From NCBI GenBank assembly GCA_913043225.1, contig CAJWLU010000005.1, forward strand, positions 32,001 through 96,000: 64,000 bases of DNA. The letters are read 5' to 3'. The stretch comes from an uncultured Acidobacteriota bacterium (GTDB lineage Bacteria; Acidobacteriota; Vicinamibacteria; Vicinamibacterales; UBA8438). A program made the translations under genes and the position numbers. Below are positions 20,416 to 28,731 of this stretch, piece after piece. The first letter of the stretch is position 1; every line of letters begins with the position of its first letter. The notes below the pieces were generated by a model, which saw only the letters and a list, made by a program, of their open reading frames with translations, was not told where the DNA came from and ran no database searches.

Positions 20416-21522
20416 CTATCCTCCCAACATACTCAGAAAGATCCCAGCGGCGATCACGGTGCCGATCACGCCTGCGAGATTCGGTCCCATGGCAAACATA
20501 AGCAGGTAGTTCTTCTTGTTTGCCTCGGCTCCGATCTTGTGTACGACCCGAGCCGCCATCGGCACCGCCGACACCCCGGCGGCCCCGACAAGGGGGTTGA
20601 TCTTATCGCTGGTCACCAGGTTCATCAGCTTGGCCAGAACCAAACCGCACGCCGTGCTGACAGCGAACGCCACCAGACCGAGCACGAAGATAAAGATGAC
20701 GTCCGACCGGAGGAAGTTGTCAGCGCTCATGGTGGCGCCGACGCTAACCCCCAGGAAGATCGTCACGATGTTCATCAGAGCGTCCTGAGCTGTCTCGGCT
20801 AACCGTTCCACGACCTTCGACTCGCGAAACAGGTTACCCAGCATGAACATGCCGATGAGCGGAGCCGACGCGGGCACCAACAGGATGATCACCAGCGTGG
20901 CGGCGATCGGAAACAGCAACTTCTCCCGAGCGGTCACCTTCCGCCCCTTCTTCATCCTGATGGCGCGCTCCTGCTCGGTGGTAAGCAGCCGCATGATCGG
21001 CGGCTGGATGATCGGGGCCAGGGCCATATACGAGTAGGCCGCGACCGCGCAGGCGCCAAGGAGGTGCGGCGCCAGCTGCGCCGCGAGAAAGATCGTGGTG
21101 GGACCATCCGCGCCACCGATGATGCCAATCGTGGCCGCCTCTTCCAGAGAGAACCCGAACGCCTGGGCGGCAAAGAAGGTCAGGTAGACGCCGCCCTGCG
21201 CCGCTGCGCCGAGAAAGACCAGCCTCGGCTGTGAGAGCAGCGGCCCGAAGTCGGTATGCGCCCCCAGCCCCAAAAAGACCAACGGCGGGATCACCTCCCA
21301 CTCGACTCCGTAGCGATAGAATCGCCAAAGTAGCCCTTCCTCTGGAGTCATCAGCCCGGTCAAAGGCAGGTTGGCCAGCAGGATGCCGAATCCGATCGGC
21401 AACAGCAGCAGCGGCTCGTGCTCTTTCGCAATGGCCAGATACAGCAGCGTGAGCGCGATCGCCCACATCGCTACCATGCCGGGTGTGACCGAGAGGATCC
21501 CGAGCTGTTCGACAAAGGCCAC
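20416..21522 (-). CDS. gcdB: Na+-translocating decarboxylase beta subunit
   Basis: EPLLLLPIGFG, IGIIGGADGPTTIF, AAYSYMAL, GVSAVPMAARV, AMGPNLAGVIG; start reassigned to GTG 21522. Confidence 0.93.
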   Translation of the reverse strand: MAFVEQLGILSVTPGMVAMWAIALTLLYLAIAKEHEPLLLLPIGFGILLANLPLTGLMTPEEGLLWRFYRYGVEWEVIPPLVFLGLGAHTDFGPLLSQPRLVFLGAAAQGGVYLTFFAAQAFGFSLEEAATIGIIGGADGPTTIFLAAQLAPHLLGACAVAAYSYMALAPIIQPPIMRLLTTEQERAIRMKKGRKVTAREKLLFPIAATLVIILLVPASAPLIGMFMLGNLFRESKVVERLAETAQDALMNIVTIFLGVSVGATMSADNFLRSDVIFIFVLGLVAFAVSTACGLVLAKLMNLVTSDKINPLVGAAGVSAVPMAARVVHKIGAEANKKNYLLMFAMGPNLAGVIGTVIAAGIFLSMLGG

Positions 21523-21524
21523 GG

Positions 21525-21659
21525 TCAGTCCGCAGAGAAGGCGCCCCTGGGCGCCTTCTCGCCCAGGCGCGCAAGGAGCTTCATCATCAGATAGAGCAAC
21601 CCGATGCCGGCAAAGACACCGACCAGACCGCTGACGCAGACATTTACTGCTGGACTCAT
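21525..21659 (-). CDS. gcdD: Na+-translocating decarboxylase small membrane subunit (OadG/GcdD-like, 44 aa)
   Basis: Manual translation MSPAVNVCVSGLVGVFAGIGLLYLMMKLLARLGEKAPRGAFSAD; single TM helix with OadG-like GxxxVF...LL...K pattern; stop 2 nt before the gcdB start; below the ORF-track length cutoff. Confidence 0.8.
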   Translation of the reverse strand: MSPAVNVCVSGLVGVFAGIGLLYLMMKLLARLGEKAPRGAFSAD

Positions 21660-21698
21660 GGGCGATCGGCGGGCGCAAGGTCACCCAGCCAACGTTTG

Positions 21699-21704
21699 AT
21701 TATA
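21699..21704 (-). promoter_or_regulatory. Putative -10 element (TATAAT) of the gcd operon
   Basis: Perfect TATAAT on the minus strand about 40 nt upstream of the gcdD ATG, in an AT-rich patch. Confidence 0.55.
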
Positions 21705-21780
21705 TGTTGACGTGCCGCGGCAGCCGGCCCCGGATGCTTGCGCCCTGACCGGCAGTGCGGTACAAGCTCCTCAAGAACTG

Positions 21781-23391
21781 ATGGCCGCAGCTCGCAAGCG
21801 GCGGGCCGGACCGGGACGCGCCACCGCGCCCGCCGCACCGCCTTTCCCCGTCTCGCCCTCTAGCCCGCTGCAACGCCTGGCGATTCCGCTTAGCTTGGCC
21901 CTGGCGCTGGCCCTGCTCTCGGCCACCGACCGCGTCTCCGACCAGCTCGTGCTAACCCGTTCGGTCTGGGCCGCTGCGGCCACCCTGATCGGCTGGACCC
22001 TCATGCTTGCGCTGCAGGCCCGCCGTGACGGGCGAACGGTCTCGCTGCACACGGTACTGCGTCCTCAGCACTACGTGCAGGCGATCCTCCACATTAGCGT
22101 GCTGAGCTACTGGGGTTATCACTGGCGCCCGGTCTACGACCACATCTGGCTGCTCGTCGCGCAGCTGCTCTTCGCCTACGCGTTCGATATGCTCCTGTCG
22201 TGGTCGCGGCGGGAGAGCTACGGTCTGGGATTTGGCCCATTCCCCATCATCTTCAGCACTAATCTGTTCCTCTGGTTTCGAGACGACTGGTTCTATCTGC
22301 AGTTCCTGATGCTGGCCGCAGGGTTCATGGGGAAGGCGTTCGTCCGATGGGAGCGGGACGGGCATCGCACGCACATATTCAATCCTTCGGCTTTCTCTCT
22401 GGGGCTGTTCTCGCTGGTCCTGATCGCCACCGGCACCACCAGTCTGACCTGGGGCCAGGAGATCGCATCCACCCTGACTCTGGCGCCCCGGATCTACCTG
22501 TTTCTCTTTGCCATTGGCCTGGTGGCGATGTACGCATTCTCGATCACACTCGTCGCCGGCACCGCCGCCATCGTGCTGTTCGGTGCCAGCGCACTCTACT
22601 CCGCCGTCACCGGTGTGCCGTACTTCATCGACTCTGAGATCCCGAGCGCGGTCTTTCTTGGCCTCCACCTCCTCGTCACCGACCCATCGACCTCACCCAG
22701 GACCCCGCTCGGCAAGGCGGTCTTCGGCTTCGGCTACGGCCTGGGCGTGTTCCTGCTCTATGCGGTACTCGGCCTCCTTGGGGTGCCGACCTTCTACGAC
22801 AAGCTGCTCGGCGTCCCGCTGCTGAACCTCAGCGCCCGGTGGATCGACCGGGTCGTGGCTCGCCTCCGCGAAGGCAACCGGCTGGAACACTGGAGCCCGT
22901 CCTGGGCCCCGGCACAGGCCAACCTGGTATTCATGACCGGCTGGATCCTGTTCTTCGGGGCGATGACGCTGGTGGGCGCCACCGACCGCCGCCACCGGGG
23001 TGACACCGTGCCGTTCTGGGAGACAGCCTGTGCCGAAGGGCGGCCACAGGCGTGTGAGCGGTTGCTCCAGATCCAGACCAACTACTGCGGCGATAACGCC
23101 GGCTGGGCCTGCAACGAACTGGGCCGCTACTACGCGGAGGGCGTCGTCGTCGAACCCGATCTCGATCGAGCCCGGTCGTCGTTCGCCCAGGCGTGCGAGC
23201 TGCGCTTCCAGGCCGGGTGTCTGAACCTGCTTCGGGCGGACGGCTGGCTCAGCTCGGAGCCCCGACCGATCGACTATCGCCTCCTGTTAAGGGAGGCCGG
23301 CCCGAACCTCGTCGACATGCCCGAGGCCGCCCTGCTGCCTCGGGCTTGCGCGCACGGCTGGCGTTCAGCCTGCGGGAAGGCAACGCCATGA
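21781..23391 (+). CDS. RnfD/NqrB/UnbU-like polytopic membrane protein with C-terminal Cys-rich Sel1-like repeats
   Basis: HIFNPSAF and TDPSTSPRT motifs; many TM helices; C-terminal ACxxGxxxAC-type repeats. Confidence 0.7.
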   Translation: MAAARKRRAGPGRATAPAAPPFPVSPSSPLQRLAIPLSLALALALLSATDRVSDQLVLTRSVWAAAATLIGWTLMLALQARRDGRTVSLHTVLRPQHYVQAILHISVLSYWGYHWRPVYDHIWLLVAQLLFAYAFDMLLSWSRRESYGLGFGPFPIIFSTNLFLWFRDDWFYLQFLMLAAGFMGKAFVRWERDGHRTHIFNPSAFSLGLFSLVLIATGTTSLTWGQEIASTLTLAPRIYLFLFAIGLVAMYAFSITLVAGTAAIVLFGASALYSAVTGVPYFIDSEIPSAVFLGLHLLVTDPSTSPRTPLGKAVFGFGYGLGVFLLYAVLGLLGVPTFYDKLLGVPLLNLSARWIDRVVARLREGNRLEHWSPSWAPAQANLVFMTGWILFFGAMTLVGATDRRHRGDTVPFWETACAEGRPQACERLLQIQTNYCGDNAGWACNELGRYYAEGVVVEPDLDRARSSFAQACELRFQAGCLNLLRADGWLSSEPRPIDYRLLLREAGPNLVDMPEAALLPRACAHGWRSACGKATP

Positions 23392-24335
23392 GTAATCCTT
23401 CTCCTCCCGCTCCCGCCTCCAGCGGATCACACCTCGGGCTGACTCTCCTGGCGCTGCTCGTGACCGGAGTCGGCGCCTGGATGTTCACGCAGACCCCAGC
23501 GCCGATCAGGAATGGCAACCTGGCCGGCTCCGCGCCTCCTCCAGCGCTCACAGGGTTCCGATCCGACGCCTGGATGCTGCCGAACGAGCCGGAGCTCGGC
23601 TTCGTCGAGATTCCTGCCGGCCCGTTCCTGATGGGCGGCATCCCGACCACCGACCCTGGAGCGTTCGAGAACGAACGCTGGTCGGCCACACTCCCGCGGG
23701 GCACCCTCACTCTCCCCGCCTACTACCTGTCTCGCTACGAAGTCACGACCGCCCAGTACGCCGCGTTCGTGGCCGACACCGGCTACGAGGCGGCGGCCGA
23801 TACCCTCGCCGGACCCGGGGACCACCCGGTCACCCATGTCTCCTGGCCGGACGCCCTGGCTTACGCGGACTGGCTCACCGTCAAGCTCGCCGCAGACCCG
23901 AACACGCCGGAGGTGCTGCGCCAACGCCTGGAGGCCGGGTGGCGCGTGTCGCTGCCGACCGAGGCGCAGTGGGAGAAGGCGGCGCGCGGGAGCGACGGCC
24001 GCGTGTACCCGTGGGGCGCCGACGCCGACCGCACGCGCGCCAACTTCCAGGGACAAACGACAGTGCCAGTGGGCAGCTATCGCTGCGACGACTGCCCGTA
24101 CGGGCTGGCCGACATGAGCGGCAACGTCTGGGAATGGACCCGGAGCCCCTATCAGCCCTACCCCTTCACCGTCGACGACGACAGCGACTCGCTGCGCGAC
24201 GATGCGCTCTGGGTGATGCGGGGCGGCTCTTTTACCGATCCGGAACGCAACATACGCACCGGCACCCGCGGCGGCGGCGACCCGGGCGCCCGTCGTCCGT
24301 TCATGGGATTCCGGGTAGCGCTGTCCGGACCCTGA
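23388..24335 (+). CDS. FGE/SUMF1-domain membrane-anchored protein
   Basis: IPAGPFLMG, YEVTTAQY, PVTHVSWPDA, LPTEAQWEKAARG, DMSGNVWEW, RGGSF, GFRV; ATGA overlap with the upstream gene. Confidence 0.9.
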   Translation: MSNPSPPAPASSGSHLGLTLLALLVTGVGAWMFTQTPAPIRNGNLAGSAPPPALTGFRSDAWMLPNEPELGFVEIPAGPFLMGGIPTTDPGAFENERWSATLPRGTLTLPAYYLSRYEVTTAQYAAFVADTGYEAAADTLAGPGDHPVTHVSWPDALAYADWLTVKLAADPNTPEVLRQRLEAGWRVSLPTEAQWEKAARGSDGRVYPWGADADRTRANFQGQTTVPVGSYRCDDCPYGLADMSGNVWEWTRSPYQPYPFTVDDDSDSLRDDALWVMRGGSFTDPERNIRTGTRGGGDPGARRPFMGFRVALSGP

Positions 24336-24342
24336 CCGACTA

Positions 24343-25476
24343 CTACTGCCCGGCCGCCTTCCGCACGTCCTCTTCGAGAATCCGTGCGCCACGCAAAATG
24401 CCACCGAATGAATAGTTCGCCTCGTGGCACGCGTACTCGTAGGCCTTGTGGTCAGACGCCGGCCAGACATATTCGCCGGTCCAGGGAGCGGTCCAGACGT
24501 TTGGGTCCTCGACGGTGAAGTTGTAGAGCAGCGTATCAGCGTTGACACGGGTGAACCGCTCCACGACGTGCAAATCGCGGCTCGCTCCCCCGAGCGAAGG
24601 ATTGTCGGTAAAATTGGTGGTATCGATCACCAACGTGTCCCCTTCCCACCATCCGATCGAGTCGCCCAGCCACCGTCGAATCTCGGGCGGCTCGTGCTCG
24701 GCGTTCATGCGGATAATGCGCGCATCGTGCACCATTTCCACCAGGATCATGACGGTGTCCTCGGTTTGCACAATCCGTTTCATGTTGTTGTAGAGCACCG
24801 AGAGCATCGGCGGCCCTGCCGTCGAGCCGAACCCCATCAAGCATCGCTCCGCGTGGGGGCGATCTTCCGGGTTGTCGTACGGACCCGGCGCGTCGAGGTC
24901 GTCCTCGATCCACCAGGCGGTCCCGGTGTTCTCCCGGAAGGAGCCGGCGCGAGCGGCGGCGGCCGCGCGCCACTCCTCTGTCCGCGGCGGCTGACGCCCG
25001 TTCGCCGGGTCGATGATGATGGAAGTCCGATACTCCCCATCGATCATGAACCCGTCGTCGCCCCGGTCGATCCAGAAGGTGTTGTAGCCGCCGACGTTCC
25101 CCGCTGCACCACCGGAACCGTCACCACCAGCCGGCGGCGCCTCGCGATTGCCGTCTCCAGTCTCGAATCCCGTGACCGTCTCGTTATTACGGACCGCCTC
25201 CCGCTCATCCGAACCGGCGGGAGCAAGGTTGAATACCTGGGCCAGACCATCGGGGTCGGACTGAATAACCGCCAGCTCCTCAGCAGTCAGTGACATCCGC
25301 TCGCCAAACTCGCGTGGACGCTGCAACGGGGTCACCGTCGCTATGTCGTAGGTCCCTGACAGATCGGGACGGCCCGATGGCGTCCGCGGAATGCCATCTC
25401 TCTGCGCCGTCGCCGGTGGCGCCATGACCACGGTTACCGCACACACGCCAAGCATTGTCGTGAGTAGCTTGCTCAT
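24343..25476 (-). CDS. Secreted uncharacterised protein, 'EYACHE' family paralog 3
   Basis: PDLSGTY, RTSIIIDPANGRQP, ERC, EMVH, GWWEGDTLVIDTTNF, YEYACHEAN. Confidence 0.85.
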   Translation of the reverse strand: MSKLLTTMLGVCAVTVVMAPPATAQRDGIPRTPSGRPDLSGTYDIATVTPLQRPREFGERMSLTAEELAVIQSDPDGLAQVFNLAPAGSDEREAVRNNETVTGFETGDGNREAPPAGGDGSGGAAGNVGGYNTFWIDRGDDGFMIDGEYRTSIIIDPANGRQPPRTEEWRAAAAARAGSFRENTGTAWWIEDDLDAPGPYDNPEDRPHAERCLMGFGSTAGPPMLSVLYNNMKRIVQTEDTVMILVEMVHDARIIRMNAEHEPPEIRRWLGDSIGWWEGDTLVIDTTNFTDNPSLGGASRDLHVVERFTRVNADTLLYNFTVEDPNVWTAPWTGEYVWPASDHKAYEYACHEANYSFGGILRGARILEEDVRKAAGQ

Positions 25477-25540
25477 CAGTTGCTTCCTGTCCAGCGGATC
25501 TCTCCTGGCCCTGCTGCCGACCAAGTCTTCAGCATAGCGT

Positions 25541-27019
25541 TCAGCGAGCCAGCTCGGAGAGACCTCGCTCGAAGAGCTGTTGAATACGCCCGCTCGTTCG
25601 AAACTCATCGAGAATGGCGGCCCGCCGGCTCGTCCGAAGGTTGCCGATGATATAGGCCAACATAGTGCCCATCACCGCGCCTTCTTCGGTTTCCGTGTCG
25701 AGAAATCTGTGCTGGAACCCGCGGAGCGTCTGTTCGAACGACGCCTCATGCCAGCGCTCCACGCTCGCATCGAGCTGAACGAACTCCGACAGCACGGCGG
25801 TGTACGCGTCGCTCGGCGGTCGCTGCCAGAACGACACGTCTGGCCCGAACGCCTCCACGTAGGAGGGCAGGTAAAGATTCGCGCGGGCCGGTACCCTGCG
25901 GATCAACGCCGGATTGAACCGCTTGATCTCATCCCGCGAAAGCCCGGTCTTCGCGGTCACCTCAGTCAGCGGGATATCCCGAGGCGCTCGCATAGCAAAA
26001 ATCTGGTCCTGCGAGGTGGACTCGAGCAACCGCTCCACGTTGATTGTGTTGCCGAACACCATCTCGGCATACAGGAACGAACGAGGCCCGTAGGTCCTGA
26101 AGAGGTCCCGGTACCGCCGGATCGAGATGCCCCGTAGATCGCGAGCGAATTCGGCTCCCATCAAGTACTGCTCGCGGGTGTCTCCACCCCCGAGCCTCTC
26201 GCCGTTGATCACCGTCCGCCCCACATTAACGCCACCGGCATGATGCTCAGACAGCGCCGGAATGAAGCTGCCATACATGGTCGCGAGAATCGTCAGATGG
26301 GCCGCACAGTAGGGAGCCTGCGTCGTCTGGTTGTATTCCTCGATGACGTTCGGCGCCAACCTGTTGAGATGGCTCCAATTGCGCCGCAGCCACTGACAGA
26401 ACCCCCTCGCGTTGGCTCCTGACCGCGCGCGACCGTTGAGCCCAGACTCGACGATGGCCTGCGCCAACCCGATCTGGGGCGGCACGGCGAACCGCTCGTA
26501 GATGGCCCCCCACTCGTCAAGGAAGCTCCCGTAACGCGCCGCGTGCGGCTCGAGGAATCGGCCCCGCGTCGGGTTGTGCACGACGTCGCCCACTAATGGC
26601 GCCAGCGCCTCCTCGACCTGATCACGCCGATCCCGGAGTCGTCGGGTCAGCCGGACGCCGTCGAGCGCCCGCCTGAGCGCCGGATCCGTCCACACGCCAT
26701 CACGAGCCCAGTTCCCTCTGGTCGGAAAGGTCGCCAGCAACCGGCCATCCTCGGCGCTCCCAAAGATGATGCTGCCGTCAGGAATCTGAAAGATGTGCTG
26801 CCAGAAGGGATAAGCCGGACGGAAGTCCCGCACGGCGGCCAAGTCCGCATGATAGCGGGCCTCGGCATGATCCTGCGCGGACAGGGCGGTGCGGGGAGGT
26901 GCCTCAACGGACACGGGTGGTTCTTGGACCAACAGTGCCTGAAGCGACACGGAGACGTCAGCCGGCGCAACAACGAGCGCGACGGCTAAGAACGCGGCCA
27001 GGCCGGCGAAATGTCTCAT
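25541..27019 (-). CDS. Lytic transglycosylase (SLT/MltD-like)
   Basis: AQAIVESGLNGRARSGANARGFCQW SLT motif; LysM-like IKRFNPAL segment; signal peptide. Confidence 0.75.
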   Translation of the reverse strand: MRHFAGLAAFLAVALVVAPADVSVSLQALLVQEPPVSVEAPPRTALSAQDHAEARYHADLAAVRDFRPAYPFWQHIFQIPDGSIIFGSAEDGRLLATFPTRGNWARDGVWTDPALRRALDGVRLTRRLRDRRDQVEEALAPLVGDVVHNPTRGRFLEPHAARYGSFLDEWGAIYERFAVPPQIGLAQAIVESGLNGRARSGANARGFCQWLRRNWSHLNRLAPNVIEEYNQTTQAPYCAAHLTILATMYGSFIPALSEHHAGGVNVGRTVINGERLGGGDTREQYLMGAEFARDLRGISIRRYRDLFRTYGPRSFLYAEMVFGNTINVERLLESTSQDQIFAMRAPRDIPLTEVTAKTGLSRDEIKRFNPALIRRVPARANLYLPSYVEAFGPDVSFWQRPPSDAYTAVLSEFVQLDASVERWHEASFEQTLRGFQHRFLDTETEEGAVMGTMLAYIIGNLRTSRRAAILDEFRTSGRIQQLFERGLSELAR

Positions 27020-27064
27020 GTGACGCGACGGCCCGCATTTTACACGAGGACTATACTCGCCGCC

Positions 27065-27547
27065 ATGGGCTTGCCCCAGACGCTACTCGACTCGGCACGC
27101 CCCCGTTGGTCGCACCGGGATCCGGTCGAAGGTGGCAACCCGTTTCCCCCTGGCGACCCGAACGCCGCTCGGTGGGCCGAGGCCACCGCGACCGCCCGCG
27201 CCCGTCTTCGCGCCCACGACGCACGACTAGCCGAGACCGCTGACGTGACCCTCGACCCGGCACGCTACCGGGCCCAGATAGTGGGGTTGGCCGGCGCCCG
27301 CTTCGACACCTGGGCCGAGCGGCTGCTCGTCGTGCTCGACGACGAGGCGAGACGTGCGGAGGGCCGCCTATGGCTGGACCGCTATGTCGACAACTGGCTC
27401 GCGTACGCCACCGACACCTTGCCACACGTAACGTTCGGGACCGACCTTGAGGATCGCCTCCGCGCCCGCGCGCGTTACTGGTCCGGTCCAGGCCAGTCTG
27501 ATTCGACAGCGCAGTCCCCGACGACTCCCCCTATAATGGGCCGTTGA
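27065..27547 (+). CDS. Hypothetical protein, possibly leaderless
   Basis: GC3-biased ORF; TATACT 7 nt upstream of the ATG at 27065. Confidence 0.55.
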   Translation: MGLPQTLLDSARPRWSHRDPVEGGNPFPPGDPNAARWAEATATARARLRAHDARLAETADVTLDPARYRAQIVGLAGARFDTWAERLLVVLDDEARRAEGRLWLDRYVDNWLAYATDTLPHVTFGTDLEDRLRARARYWSGPGQSDSTAQSPTTPPIMGR

Positions 27548-27624
27548 CATCACGTCCTGTGGCGGCCGCTCTATGTCCGCACGAGCGCCGGCTTGCCGGC
27601 AACAGACCCAAGAGAGGGATTGGC

Positions 27625-28083
27625 ATGAAGAAAGTAATTTTCGCCCTGAGCATCGTGATTGGCCTCAGCTTCGCCGGGACGGCCCAGGCCCAGGGCCCGC
27701 CGGACGCCTGCGGCCCCAAGGCCCAATTGCCAAGTGACTTCCAGCAGAATGTGGGCGCGGACGCCCGCTGCTACGAGCTCAGGATGTACACGGCTGATCC
27801 GGAGCGTGGGGGAGACATCAACACCCTACACCAGCGCTTCCGCGAGGAAGAAGTAGCCATCTTCGAGAAGCACGGGGCCGAGGTGGTCGCCGTCTGGCAG
27901 CGTCTCGACAACCCGAACACTCTCGTCTGGATGCTCGCCTACCGCGACATGGAGCACCGCCGACAGGTGTGGGCAGACTTTGCCGCCGACCCGGCGTGGG
28001 AGGCTCTGCTGGCGAAGTACCCGGTGCCCATCTCGATCGAGCAGTACTGGATGAGCTCCTCGGATTACTCGAACACGAAGTAG
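27625..28083 (+). CDS. Secreted NIPSNAP family protein
   Basis: Signal peptide; YELRMY, IFEKHG, LVWMLAY, WADFAADPAW. Confidence 0.85.
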   Translation: MKKVIFALSIVIGLSFAGTAQAQGPPDACGPKAQLPSDFQQNVGADARCYELRMYTADPERGGDINTLHQRFREEEVAIFEKHGAEVVAVWQRLDNPNTLVWMLAYRDMEHRRQVWADFAADPAWEALLAKYPVPISIEQYWMSSSDYSNTK

Positions 28084-28731
28084 TCACTCGGTACGGAGGG
28101 GGTTGATCGCCGGGTGACCGGCGATCAACCCCAGCGCCTTCCGCAGTAGGCTTCGCCCTGGCTCCATGCGAGGCCACGGGCTGGCCCCAGACGGGTGCGG
28201 CAGCGGTATCAGATCCGCCTCGCGGTCCTTCACCGTCACCCGAAAAGACCGCCCGACCGCGTCACCGAGCCCGGTGTACGGAATGAACTGTCCGATCGCG
28301 AGCTTGCCGACGGGAATGATGAGGTCCGGTCGAAGGATCTCGAACTCCGCCTCAAGCCAGCTGGCACAGGTCGTCACCTCCTGGGATGTTGGCACCCGAT
28401 CCCCGCCGCGTGGCTTCTTACCAGGAAAACACCGGCAAACGGCGGCCATGTAGATGCTGGTGCGGAACTGTGCCTCGCTCAGCCCACACGCCTCGTCGAA
28501 CCAGCTGAACAGGGTCCGACCGGCCGTCCAGGCGAAGGGACGGCCCAGCACCGGCTCCCGGTCGCCGGGCGCCTGGCCGACCAGCAGGACCTTGCTGACC
28601 ACCGGCCCGCCACTCACCGCCGGACGGTGCATATTCGAACAGGCCTCGCACGACCGAAGCGCCTCGACATGTGCCGTCAGCCTGCGGGCGATAGCACCCG
28701 CGTCCTGGCGATCTGACGAGGGCGGCGTCAC
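28084..28731 (-). CDS. Uracil-DNA glycosylase superfamily protein with Fe-S-type Cys pattern
   Basis: CEAC, VGQAPG, VCRCFPG, PLPHPSGAS. Confidence 0.88.
   Translation of the reverse strand: MTPPSSDRQDAGAIARRLTAHVEALRSCEACSNMHRPAVSGGPVVSKVLLVGQAPGDREPVLGRPFAWTAGRTLFSWFDEACGLSEAQFRTSIYMAAVCRCFPGKKPRGGDRVPTSQEVTTCASWLEAEFEILRPDLIIPVGKLAIGQFIPYTGLGDAVGRSFRVTVKDREADLIPLPHPSGASPWPRMEPGRSLLRKALGLIAGHPAINPLRTE

Noticed and set aside
21535..21567. Perfect 12-bp inverted repeat with an alternative pairing upstream of gcdB, considered as a Na+ riboswitch or attenuator
   Set aside because: It lies inside the gcdD coding sequence, has no U-tract, and I could not recognise a riboswitch consensus; an Rfam search would settle it
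6033..23391. Enediyne biosynthetic cluster (UnbV-like + UnbU-like genes)
   Set aside because: No PKSE, thioesterase or UnbL in the window, and the two genes are about 14 kb apart
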